This document shows positions 8,745 to 17,403 of a stretch of 33,501 nt of DNA, piece after piece. This DNA comes from a virus (Duplodnaviria > Caudoviricetes), in IMG/VR virus record IMGVR_UViG_3300023076_000049, positions 1 through 33,501 of that record; one strand, 5' to 3'. Positions within the stretch are counted from its first letter, which is position 1; every line of letters begins with the position of its first letter. The notes beneath the pieces were generated by a model, which was given only the letters and a program-made list of their open reading frames with translations, was not told where the DNA came from and did no database searches. The translations under genes and the position numbers were made by a program.

Positions 8745-9307
8745 ACGACGGCCCCCACATCCGCCAGGGTCTCTGCCTTGTCCAGCAGGTCCTCGGCGGC
8801 CTGACGCTTGCCAATGATTGCGCCCGAGTACGCGGCGTAACCCACGGCCTTTTCCTGCACCCGGGTTGCAAGCTCCGCCACCGGAAGGCCGCGCACTTCT
8901 GCAATGGCCGACAGCAACGGCGTTTCGCCGGGCGGATCTAGCTGCAGAGCCGCCGCTTCCTGCACCTGTTGCGGCCAGCTCTGCAGCTCGCCGGGCGGGT
9001 AAGTGCTGGTCAGGGCATTCAACGCCCGCTCACAGCCTGCGTTGATTTCCTGCAGTTTGACGGCCTTGGCGGCCTTCACCTTGTCGGTGTCAGCCGCCAG
9101 ATAATCCAGCACGCCCAGGTACTGCGTTTCAGCCAGCGAACAGGCGGGGATTTCCTGCGGTTGGCCGGGCAGATCCACCGCCACGAACAGGCCGTTTTCG
9201 CGGTAGTCCGTGGGTACTGCCCAGATACGCACTTTGGCGTCCGCCTGAATCACAGGCAGCACGATGCTCTGACCATTTACGGTCAGGGTTCCATGTTCAA
9301 TATTCAT
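8738..9307 (-). CDS. Tail fibre assembly-like protein
   Basis: YPPGELQSWPQQVQEA...TPLLSAIAEVRG...IIGKRQ...W C-terminus; directly downstream of the fibre gene. Confidence 0.75.
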   Translation of the reverse strand: MNIEHGTLTVNGQSIVLPVIQADAKVRIWAVPTDYRENGLFVAVDLPGQPQEIPACSLAETQYLGVLDYLAADTDKVKAAKAVKLQEINAGCERALNALTSTYPPGELQSWPQQVQEAAALQLDPPGETPLLSAIAEVRGLPVAELATRVQEKAVGYAAYSGAIIGKRQAAEDLLDKAETLADVGAVVW

Positions 9308-9356
9308 TACTGATTTCCCAAAACTGTAAGGGGCCAAATCAGCCCCAACTTAGGGT

Positions 9357-11515
9357 TTAAACTTTCGCTAGCCGAGTGCCGTAATAACCAGCATTGTTTG
9401 ATTCAGCCACAGACTTAACTGCGAACATTCCACAGCCCGCACCCCATTCCCATGACCCGCCATGTGCCAGGACTGAGCTAGGCTCACAACTCCAGATGTC
9501 TCCCAACGTAGAATTAGCGGAAGACCTGTCGACCGTCGCAGCAAGTAACCCCATTGACAAGTCATAGTTAGCACCGCTGTCAGTTGCAGGCTCGACAATA
9601 AATCCTTGAAGACTGCCGTTAAGATTCGTCGTCTGAAATGTCTTGTTCCCTGACTTATCCCATATCAATAACCGGCCATTAGAATCTAGCTTAAGACCAT
9701 CGAAAAGCTGATAAACATTTCCCCACAAACCTTTAATTCCACGCCAAGCGGCCGTTATCACCATCTCATGATTGACCACTGCGATGGGGCCAAGGTAATT
9801 ACCTTGGGCGACTAGGGCTTGAACATCTGCCCCCCCAAGCTCGATCAACATTAGGAGTTGCAAGGCTTGCAGCTGGTAATAGCTCCAGATCGAAAACCCC
9901 GTCACGCCTCCGACGTTACGGGCCGCCGCAAGGGTTTTTAAAGCCGTGAAAGTAAGATTCGTGATCGGCGCATTGTTTTCGTTCAACGAGAACAATTTTC
10001 GATTCGTACCATTAGGCGAGTTTGCCTGGAATGCCCCGACCCAAAATTGCGCTATCGGCGCGCCTGCCTCCATGAACGCAGGATGAAGCGAATACCCTGG
10101 CAATAGCTGATCCGAAATCCACCATGCTCGCTTGCCAATATTAGGCCCCGCCGCAATGGTTCCGGCCTTCACATAAAACGCGGGAATCTTAACCATTGCC
10201 TGACCGTCAATGGTGACTTCCTGAATAGCGCCGTATACCGCATGAGAGCTGAAAAAAGCAGCATCGGTTACTTTGGCCGCGCCGCTCTCATCAACCCTCG
10301 ACCACGTACCCGAGCCGCCGCCAGCGGCCAGCAAGGCAATACCGATTACGTTGGCAAACTGCGCCTTAGTTGTGAACTTGCTTTCGGTCGACCACTCGGA
10401 CCAGCCTTTGGCCGACCCCTCGTGCCGCGCGCGCACGAAATAACCCGACTGACCAGGAAGCAGCTTTCCAGCGGGCGGCACCATCGACAGCTTGTTCACG
10501 GTGTCTCTGCCGCTATCCCAAACCGGCGCAGCGTAGGTGCCATTGGCCGAGCGGATCTGAACCTGGCTCGCCGTATGGGTATCCGTTGCGCCTGCCGTCG
10601 CGGCAAACGCCGAAGTTGCGATGGTCGGCTGTTCCGGAACATCCACCGCGTTGACAGCAGGGCCGGTGATCGTCGGCGGCAGGACGTAGGCAAATGATGC
10701 GGCAGTGGTAAAGCTGGACACCACCGAGTAATCCGACCACAAACCGGCTACGTCACGCACCCGGGCGCGCCAGTAAATCACCGTACCCACCGGCAGAACA
10801 CCGGCCGGAAGTCCGTAAGACAGGCCCGCAGGCAACGCGCCAGAGTCATGCAGGACAGTGGCGAAAGCCGCATCCTTTGACAGCTGAAATTGAACCGCAT
10901 CCTGTGCGTTACCCGACGGAGTGGCGTAGGCCGCAAGGGCCAGCGTTGGGCGCTCCATCACTCCCGTGGCGGCGGCGAGCGGCGATGTGATCAGCGGCGT
11001 GGCCGGGCGCAAGTCCGGGTTAATGAAACCACCCAAGCCAGTGGAGCTGCCCAGCGCCACTACGTGCGCAATGGTCATCGCCTCACCTTCGACGTCCATG
11101 CGCAACCAGCCATCACCACGCATCGGCAGGATGTATTCGTAGTCGGCAAAGCCTGCAGGAATATCACCACCCGTACGGCGCAACGACCAGCCGGTCTCTC
11201 TCCACGTCGGCTGATAGCCGTCACGGTAATAGATGCGCGCCAAACCGGAGTTGAGCGAACGGCGTAACACCACAGCCCCACCAGCCGCGTCAGTGCCAAT
11301 ATTGATCGAGCGGGTCAGGTAAATATCACCCGGCATCGCCGCCGCATTCTGCGCGCCCAGCACCTTGATACTCGAACGCACAACCTGTGCGGACGGACCC
11401 CAGTTGCGCGCCAGATTCGCGGTCAGGCGCACCCGCACACCGGACAGAATCGTCTGGATCTGCACCAGAGCGGAAACCGGCGCAGCCTTGCCGCCTGCAT
11501 CCAACGCGGCCGCCA
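9357..11515 (-). pseudogene. 5'-truncated tail fibre / receptor-binding protein with two FN3/Ig-like repeats and a C-terminal Mtd-like (CLec/FGE-fold) domain
   Basis: The frame is open for ~720 codons but has no native start and begins at the gpV junction. Repeats end WSDYSVVSSFTT and WSEWSTESKFTT. The C-terminus has MVKIPAFY, HPAF, GLWGNVYQ and GGSW...YYGTRLA. Confidence 0.7.
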
Positions 11516-11650
11516 ACGGACCCAAGGGCTGACCCAATCCAACGACTGCACCCGGACCTTACCGGCGGTGAGGTCTACCGCAACGACCTTGCCGGTCTTG
11601 ATCATCGCAGCGATCATGCGGTCATGTTCACCGAGAACCGCGCGGCTCAT
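11423..11650 (-). pseudogene. Truncated baseplate spike protein V
   Basis: The first ~46 aa (EHDRMIAAMIKTGKVVAVDLTAGKVRV...WVSPWVRW) are gpV-like, followed by unrelated sequence and an early stop. Confidence 0.8.
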
Positions 11651-12162
11651 AATTGTTCCGCTAAGGCGTCGATACGCGAATCATCCACGGCAAAAACCAA
11701 CTCAGCCGACGCTTGATCAGGCCAGGGCCATTCCTCCTCGCCGAGTTGTATTGCCTGGGTCCACTCGACGAGCCACACCGTATAACCGTCCAGCTCTGGC
11801 TTGGTCCAGTCAGGAACGGCCTGGACAAATTCTGCCGGACCGACACCGTCGATCTCCCAATATTGCGCGCGGAGCAACACAGCTAGTTGAGCCACCAACT
11901 GTGCTGCCTGGTGACTCGGCTGATGTTGCTCGGAACCAACCACTATGCGGGCTTCAAACTTGCCCACCAGCGCCGTTTGGCCCGTACCATCGTCTTGGCC
12001 AGGTTCGATTTCAGCCAGTTCAAGGAACAATGCAGGTAAACGCGTTACCGTGCGTTCATCAATCTCCGGCCAGGTGGCGACGGTTTCCAGCCCGGTCAAA
12101 CGCTCGCCAATCTGCTTTTCAATGGCAGCAAACAAGCGACCCAACGTGAGCGGCTCATCCAA
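11647..12162 (-). CDS. Tail completion/terminator-like protein
   Basis: LPALFLE, FEARIVV and WLVEWTQ motifs; lies between the Z-like gene and gpV; TTG start. Confidence 0.7.
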   Translation of the reverse strand: MDEPLTLGRLFAAIEKQIGERLTGLETVATWPEIDERTVTRLPALFLELAEIEPGQDDGTGQTALVGKFEARIVVGSEQHQPSHQAAQLVAQLAVLLRAQYWEIDGVGPAEFVQAVPDWTKPELDGYTVWLVEWTQAIQLGEEEWPWPDQASAELVFAVDDSRIDALAEQL

Positions 12163-12820
12163 GTGAGTTACCTCGCAGGTATTTTTGGAGCTCGAAGTTC
12201 AGCTCCTGTTTCAAGATTTCCAGCAGACGTTGCTCTGCGCGACGTGTCCATGCCTCGAACAACGGACGTACCTCGTCAAGCTGCACCATCGCCTTAGCCA
12301 GCGGAAAACGGTCGCCATTTTCAGCGATCCATCCCGAGCTAGGTCCACTGGCAGAGGAGACATCGCTGGCCGGATAGTCACCCGCCGAAAAATGTTTGCT
12401 GGCCGTCCGAATCCAGATATTGGCGTTGCCACCATAAACACGCTTGTAGAACGCACCCTGGTAACGACGCTTACCGACTGACACACCCGATTGGGTCTGA
12501 CGAGCGCGGCCGGTGCGGCTGGCTTCTAATGGGTCGATGCCAAACCAGAGCTTGCCCCGAAGCGTGTTGCCTTTGACGGGGTAAGAACGTAAGCGCTGCC
12601 GCACCGCCCGCATGGCAATACCCTGTTGCTTGCCCACCGCACGAGCGATGTGGGTCCGCAACCAGCCAAGCGTTTTATTGATTGCCCGACGCTGCGCGGC
12701 GGCGGCCGCCTTTGGCACCACCTTGGCGAAGTTAGTGAGCGCCTGTATGTCAGCAGCGGAAGGCTGAATGGTGATCATCCCGCTACTGGACGACGCCTTG
12801 TAGAACGAGCCAATACTCAT
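12155..12820 (-). CDS. Minor tail / neck protein (lambda Z-like)
   Basis: Basic protein with AQRRAINKT and ELNFEL; synteny. Confidence 0.75.
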   Translation of the reverse strand: MSIGSFYKASSSSGMITIQPSAADIQALTNFAKVVPKAAAAAQRRAINKTLGWLRTHIARAVGKQQGIAMRAVRQRLRSYPVKGNTLRGKLWFGIDPLEASRTGRARQTQSGVSVGKRRYQGAFYKRVYGGNANIWIRTASKHFSAGDYPASDVSSASGPSSGWIAENGDRFPLAKAMVQLDEVRPLFEAWTRRAEQRLLEILKQELNFELQKYLRGNSLG

Positions 12821-13131
12821 GCCGTCATCCTCAAGACCAAGGCAACCTGCCCAGCGCCATCTGGCTCCAGGCGTACCACGATGTATTCGCCGCCGCCGTC
12901 CATGGCAGGCAAATCGATGGTGACGCGCTGGGCTTTCTCAACCCCATCCGAATCGCCCACCCGGATGACGAAATGAGGCTCGCGCAATCCTGTGTTCAAG
13001 CGGCCAACCTGTGGTTGCAACCACGGCGCGGAGAACATGCCCAATACTTGACGCCCTCCGATGTAACCGACATCCGCCAGCGTTCCGTAGACCACTGCGT
13101 CGACATCGGCCACCAGGTCGCGAAAGCTCAT
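12817..13131 (-). CDS. Head-tail joining protein
   Basis: 104 aa ending YIVVRLEPDGAGQVALVL; directly after the capsid gene. Confidence 0.75.
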   Translation of the reverse strand: MSFRDLVADVDAVVYGTLADVGYIGGRQVLGMFSAPWLQPQVGRLNTGLREPHFVIRVGDSDGVEKAQRVTIDLPAMDGGGEYIVVRLEPDGAGQVALVLRMTA

Positions 13132-13133
13132 AA

Positions 13134-14129
13134 CTACAGTGTCAGGGTGATCTGCGCACGCGGACGAGTGCACAGGTGCAGTGGATTGGACTGGGCCTCA
13201 CCGGCCATGCCCTTGTTGAAAGGCAGCGGCTCAATCTTGCTGTAGTAAGGAATGCCCTGGGTATTTACCGTCTCCATGTAATCGGCCGGGGCAAACGCCG
13301 AGATGTACAGGTCGGGCACGCCTTCGGGAATCAACAGCGCCTTGTCGTCATGGACGAATGAAACACCGGCGACCTTGCCACGATAGCGCTCCCATACGAT
13401 GCCACCGAATTCAAAGCTTTCACGGGCATCACCGCGCAGGGCAGCGGCCTGCTGGCTGTTGAGGTAGGTCTCTTTGACCGACTTGTGAACAATCAGTTTG
13501 TTCCAGAAGTTCTTGCCGCAGAATGCCCGCGAGCCGCTGCTGGTAACACTGCCCAGCGCCTCTTCCTGCATGTCCAGCGCCTCACCGGCCTTTACGCGCA
13601 GCTCCGTCGCTGGATCGGCCAACCCCATAGACATGGTTTGACGCTCAACACCAAATGCCTTGTAGATGTCGAGCAAGACGGTTGAACCATCCGCATCGAG
13701 GATCTGACCGTTCAGCGCACCCATGCGTTGGAATTCGTGGGTAGCATCCAGCTGACGGCGAGTCTTGGCGAGCCGCGCGTTAACCACATCCTGCACCGCC
13801 TGCAGTTCAGTGCGAGTACCGAAAGCACGGATGCCTTGAATCTCATCAGCTTTGATGGTGAAACGCTCAGGCAGATGCACGGTGTTGAACGGGATCAGAT
13901 GGCGCTTGGACGCTGCCACCACCAGACCGGACGTACCACGCTCACCAGCAGGTACCAGGGCCAAGGTGTCACCGTCCTTTTCAATCTGCACGGTCAGAGT
14001 GGTGATGCCTTCTTCTTGAAACAGTCCGAGGGCACTGATGCGACCCGGCAAGTAAGGTTGCTCGTTGATGGCTGCGGTCAAGGAAGAAACGCTGAACGCT
14101 TCATCGTCGAAAATGGCGATATCGGCCAT
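13134..14129 (-). CDS. Major capsid protein (lambda gpE family)
   Basis: FSVSSLTAAIN, THEFQRMGAL, FAPADY and AQSNPLHLCTRP motifs. Confidence 0.95.
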   Translation of the reverse strand: MADIAIFDDEAFSVSSLTAAINEQPYLPGRISALGLFQEEGITTLTVQIEKDGDTLALVPAGERGTSGLVVAASKRHLIPFNTVHLPERFTIKADEIQGIRAFGTRTELQAVQDVVNARLAKTRRQLDATHEFQRMGALNGQILDADGSTVLLDIYKAFGVERQTMSMGLADPATELRVKAGEALDMQEEALGSVTSSGSRAFCGKNFWNKLIVHKSVKETYLNSQQAAALRGDARESFEFGGIVWERYRGKVAGVSFVHDDKALLIPEGVPDLYISAFAPADYMETVNTQGIPYYSKIEPLPFNKGMAGEAQSNPLHLCTRPRAQITLTL

Positions 14130-14149
14130 TGGGTACTCTCCAGAAATGC

Positions 14150-14172
14150 AAAACCCTGCTCAAGGCAGGGTT
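14150..14172 (-). terminator. Terminator-like hairpin before the capsid RBS
   Basis: Minus strand AACCCTGC-CTTGA-GCAGGGTT-TT, then CTGGAGA. Confidence 0.55.
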
Positions 14173-14213
14173 GGGGATGAGGGTGAAACGAAATACGGCT
14201 GAATCGCTGGATG

Positions 14214-14561
14214 TCAGCGGACGATGATGAATCGCGTCGCCAGCGTCTTCTCGGCGTCCAGGTCAAGCCCGGTCAGATGCACTTCGCTGACCTCGGCCAT
14301 ACGTACAACCGCGCGACCACGACGCACCACGTCCGACTCGCCCAGTGGACCAAAGAGAATTGCCACCGCCGTCTCGCGGCCGTCTTCTGCAGTTGGATCA
14401 TAAGGCGCGAACTCACCGGATGCCGTCACCAGACCCAGAAGTTGGCCCGGGTTCAACGCGCCACTGGCGGCGACATTGATTGATTCACGGGAAATGTTCC
14501 CGGCACCTTCGGAGAGAAGGAATTCGCCGGCATGGATTGGCTCCATTTTGATGCCTGTCAT
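14214..14561 (-). CDS. Head decoration protein (lambda gpD-like)
   Basis: EFLLSE...SRE...GQLLG...YDPTAEDG motifs; between protease and capsid. Confidence 0.88.
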   Translation of the reverse strand: MTGIKMEPIHAGEFLLSEGAGNISRESINVAASGALNPGQLLGLVTASGEFAPYDPTAEDGRETAVAILFGPLGESDVVRRGRAVVRMAEVSEVHLTGLDLDAEKTLATRFIIVR

Positions 14562-15709
14562 TGTCGTGCCCCTGTTGCGGATTGAGATTTACCACCTTGC
14601 GCCGCTCTGCGAGCGGCGTAGATGCCAGGTGGGTCAGGTTGTTTGGCCTGCACTTTCGGCGGTGGATCATTTTCCAGCGGCAGGCTGTTATCAATTTCGA
14701 AGCCTTTACCGCTGCCCACCAGCTTGTCGAACAGACGACCACGAACAGCTTCAGCGTCCAGCCCTGCCGACACATATTCAGCGGTGAACTCTGGCAGACG
14801 CGCTGCAACGCAAAGATCGCGGACAGCCTTGGCACTGGTCAGTGCTGCGTTGACCACGGCTTCACTTTCCAGCTTGGTCGCGTTGATCAGCGGTTCAATC
14901 AGGTTGCTGATGCCTTCCTGCGTACAACGCTGGGTAATCATCAAGGCGAGCTTCGCCGAGTCGTTGACTGGCGGCGGCTCGGGCTTGTCATCTGGCTTGG
15001 GTGGCTCAGGTTCCGGGCCATCATCGAGTTGGGCCAGTAGATCCTGAGGCGCATTCTGATAACGCTGCAACGCAGCACCCTGCCCCAGACAGGCGTTCAC
15101 CTTTACCCCGTCGCCGACTTCATCAGCCAAACCCAGCGCCACGGCTTCACTGGCCGTCAACCAGGTTTCAGCATCGACAAGCCTGCGCAGCTCGACTTCA
15201 TCGATATCAGGTGACTTAGCCTTGTATGCGGCAATGATCGCCTCGGTGGTCTGGTCAAGGACGTCGGCCACCTTGCGCAGGTCGTCCGCGTCCCCAGCCG
15301 TGTACGTCCAGGGGTTGTGGATCATCATGATGGAGTTGGCCGACATGACGACGCGGTGCGCACCGCAGACCGCAACGCTGGCAGCACTGGCGGCCAATGC
15401 ATCAACGCGGCCAGTGCAGCGTTCGCCCAGGCGGGCCAGCGCGTTGTGCATCGCCAGGCCGTCGAACAGGTCACCGCCGACGCTATTAAAAGCTGCGATG
15501 ACCGGCGACACGCCGTCGTCCAAGGCTCGCAGATCCTGCACAAACTGATTGGCGGTCACACCCCAGGTGCCAATTTCGCCATAAACGAAAACTTCAATGG
15601 TGCGCTGCTCGGCCTCGCCACTCGCCAGCACGTGATACCAATGCTTGTCCTGAACAGCGACCTTTTGCCCGGCCCGGTTGTAAATGATCGGAGCGGCTTT
15701 CTTGCTCAT
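14558..15709 (-). CDS. ClpP-type head maturation protease with scaffold domain
   Basis: YGEIG, FNSVGGD, LAASAAS, MMIHNPW and ETWLTASEAVALGLAD motifs. Confidence 0.93.
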   Translation of the reverse strand: MSKKAAPIIYNRAGQKVAVQDKHWYHVLASGEAEQRTIEVFVYGEIGTWGVTANQFVQDLRALDDGVSPVIAAFNSVGGDLFDGLAMHNALARLGERCTGRVDALAASAASVAVCGAHRVVMSANSIMMIHNPWTYTAGDADDLRKVADVLDQTTEAIIAAYKAKSPDIDEVELRRLVDAETWLTASEAVALGLADEVGDGVKVNACLGQGAALQRYQNAPQDLLAQLDDGPEPEPPKPDDKPEPPPVNDSAKLALMITQRCTQEGISNLIEPLINATKLESEAVVNAALTSAKAVRDLCVAARLPEFTAEYVSAGLDAEAVRGRLFDKLVGSGKGFEIDNSLPLENDPPPKVQAKQPDPPGIYAARRAAQGGKSQSATGARQ

Positions 15710-17196
15710 GGCTTTTCCTCGTTTTCGGGAGGCTCGACGGGTTCCATAGGATCGACGAGCGTTTTGTAACTCAGCCCTTTGTCGCGGGCACGGGTCGCGT
15801 CGGCGGCGTTTTCTTCATCGACCGTTTCGGCGTCGTAGCCGGTGCGCAGGACCATTTCGCTGCGCGAAGCGAAGCCAGCGTTGACTTCCATCATTCGCGA
15901 CTGAACATCCTGTACAGGATTGATGTACGCCCATCCCTGCGGCACCCAACGCGTACGCTGGTATTCGCGGCGTCGCAACGCGTAATCCGGTAATGAGAGC
16001 GCACCAGACAATACGGCCATGTCCATCCAGGCAGCACGCACTGGGCGGCACAGCTGGTGAACGTAGACACTGAACTGCAGCTGTTCGAGGCGACGACGAA
16101 ACTCCGTAAGCACGACGCGCAACGCACGGTCATTCACGTCGCGCATATCGCCTGTGAGAATTTCATAGGGCGTACCCGATCCCGCCGCAGCGGCCATCAA
16201 TTGCTGTCGCATAAAATCGGGATAGTTGTTGCCAGCGTCAGGAGGCTTGGAGAATTCAACCTCTTCGCCCGCACCCAGTTCTTGCATCGTGCCGGGCTCC
16301 AGCGCCACCATCGGCGTGAAGCCGTCCCGATCCTGGTCGAGCAACGCGCCGGTAACAGGATCCCGCGGAACTTGCCCCGCATCTGGAGCAGGTCGACTGA
16401 TGAACCCAGCAAACAGGTTGGCGACTTCTTGGCGGAACAACACCGCGTCGTCGTAGTTATCCAGGCTGCGCAGGCGCTTGAGCACCGGGGCAAGACGCGG
16501 CACACCGCGCAGCTGCCCAGGCTCAATCGGTTCGAAGATGTGCAGCACTTGGCTAGCCGGGACTCGCACCAACTGGTTGTAACCGCTGTTGAGCGATGAC
16601 GCATCACGCGGATGTGCGCGATACATGTGATACGCCGCCCGCTTACCAACCGGATTGAATTCAATACCGGCACGGATGATGTTGCCGTTTTTGGTCGCCT
16701 CGAACTTGTCGTGCGGCACAAACTCGGGTGCCAGGACCTGCAACTGCAAGGGCACCGCGTAGCCTTCATCACGACTGCGCGGACGCAACCGGACAAAACA
16801 CTCGCCGGCTGTCTCAACTGTGCGAGCGATCAGCGCCTGCTGGCCGTAAAAGTCCGTCAGTTCATCGGCATCAGCCTCGTCCACCCAGTCGTCCCACAGT
16901 TCCTGCAGGATGTGGCGCAGCTTGTCGTCCTTAGTTTTCGGCCGGGGGTTAATACCGGTGCCGATCAGGTTGCTGACCCGCTTGTCGATAGCATTGAATG
17001 CATAGGGGTCGTTGCGCACCGCTGCCCTGGAGCGCGAACGCAGATTGCGCAGCGCTGGCATCACTATGCTGTTGACGCCGCTGTCCGGCGCATCCCAGCT
17101 GGCAGAACGTCGGCCCTCACCGGCGCCCTCGTAACTGGCCTTGATGCGATCCGGCAAAAGGAAGCCGCTACGGGAAAGCGTCGGATAACGCGCCAT
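15706..17196 (-). CDS. Portal protein, lambda family
   Basis: LRSRSRAAVRND, GECF, PGQLRGVP and YEILTGD motifs. Confidence 0.95.
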   Translation of the reverse strand: MARYPTLSRSGFLLPDRIKASYEGAGEGRRSASWDAPDSGVNSIVMPALRNLRSRSRAAVRNDPYAFNAIDKRVSNLIGTGINPRPKTKDDKLRHILQELWDDWVDEADADELTDFYGQQALIARTVETAGECFVRLRPRSRDEGYAVPLQLQVLAPEFVPHDKFEATKNGNIIRAGIEFNPVGKRAAYHMYRAHPRDASSLNSGYNQLVRVPASQVLHIFEPIEPGQLRGVPRLAPVLKRLRSLDNYDDAVLFRQEVANLFAGFISRPAPDAGQVPRDPVTGALLDQDRDGFTPMVALEPGTMQELGAGEEVEFSKPPDAGNNYPDFMRQQLMAAAAGSGTPYEILTGDMRDVNDRALRVVLTEFRRRLEQLQFSVYVHQLCRPVRAAWMDMAVLSGALSLPDYALRRREYQRTRWVPQGWAYINPVQDVQSRMMEVNAGFASRSEMVLRTGYDAETVDEENAADATRARDKGLSYKTLVDPMEPVEPPENEEKP

Positions 17197-17402
17197 CAGA
17201 TTCCCTTGCCCCCATGTTGAAGACGAAACACCCGGGAGCGCGGCGCCGCCGAATTCGACAACGACGTGCGGATTTCTTCACGGGCCTTCAAGAGCTCATC
17301 GACCGTGCGGTATTCCACGGTACGGTCTGCATAGCGCACGGTTTTCTCACCGCGAGCGATAGCCGCCTCGACTGCTTCAAGGTGCTTGCTGGTAAAGGAC
17401 AT
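17196..17402 (-). CDS. Head completion protein (gpW-like)
   Basis: 68 aa with AIARGEKTVRYADRTVEYR; between terL and portal. Confidence 0.88.
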   Translation of the reverse strand: MSFTSKHLEAVEAAIARGEKTVRYADRTVEYRTVDELLKAREEIRTSLSNSAAPRSRVFRLQHGGKGI

Positions 17403-17403
17403 A

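Noticed and set aside
9357-11537. Complete diversity-generating retroelement or invertible fibre cassette
   Set aside because: No reverse transcriptase, template repeat, invertase or inverted crossover sites found in the window.
152-12820. R-type tailocin locus
   Set aside because: Capsid, portal, terminase, replication and integrase genes are present, so this is a prophage.
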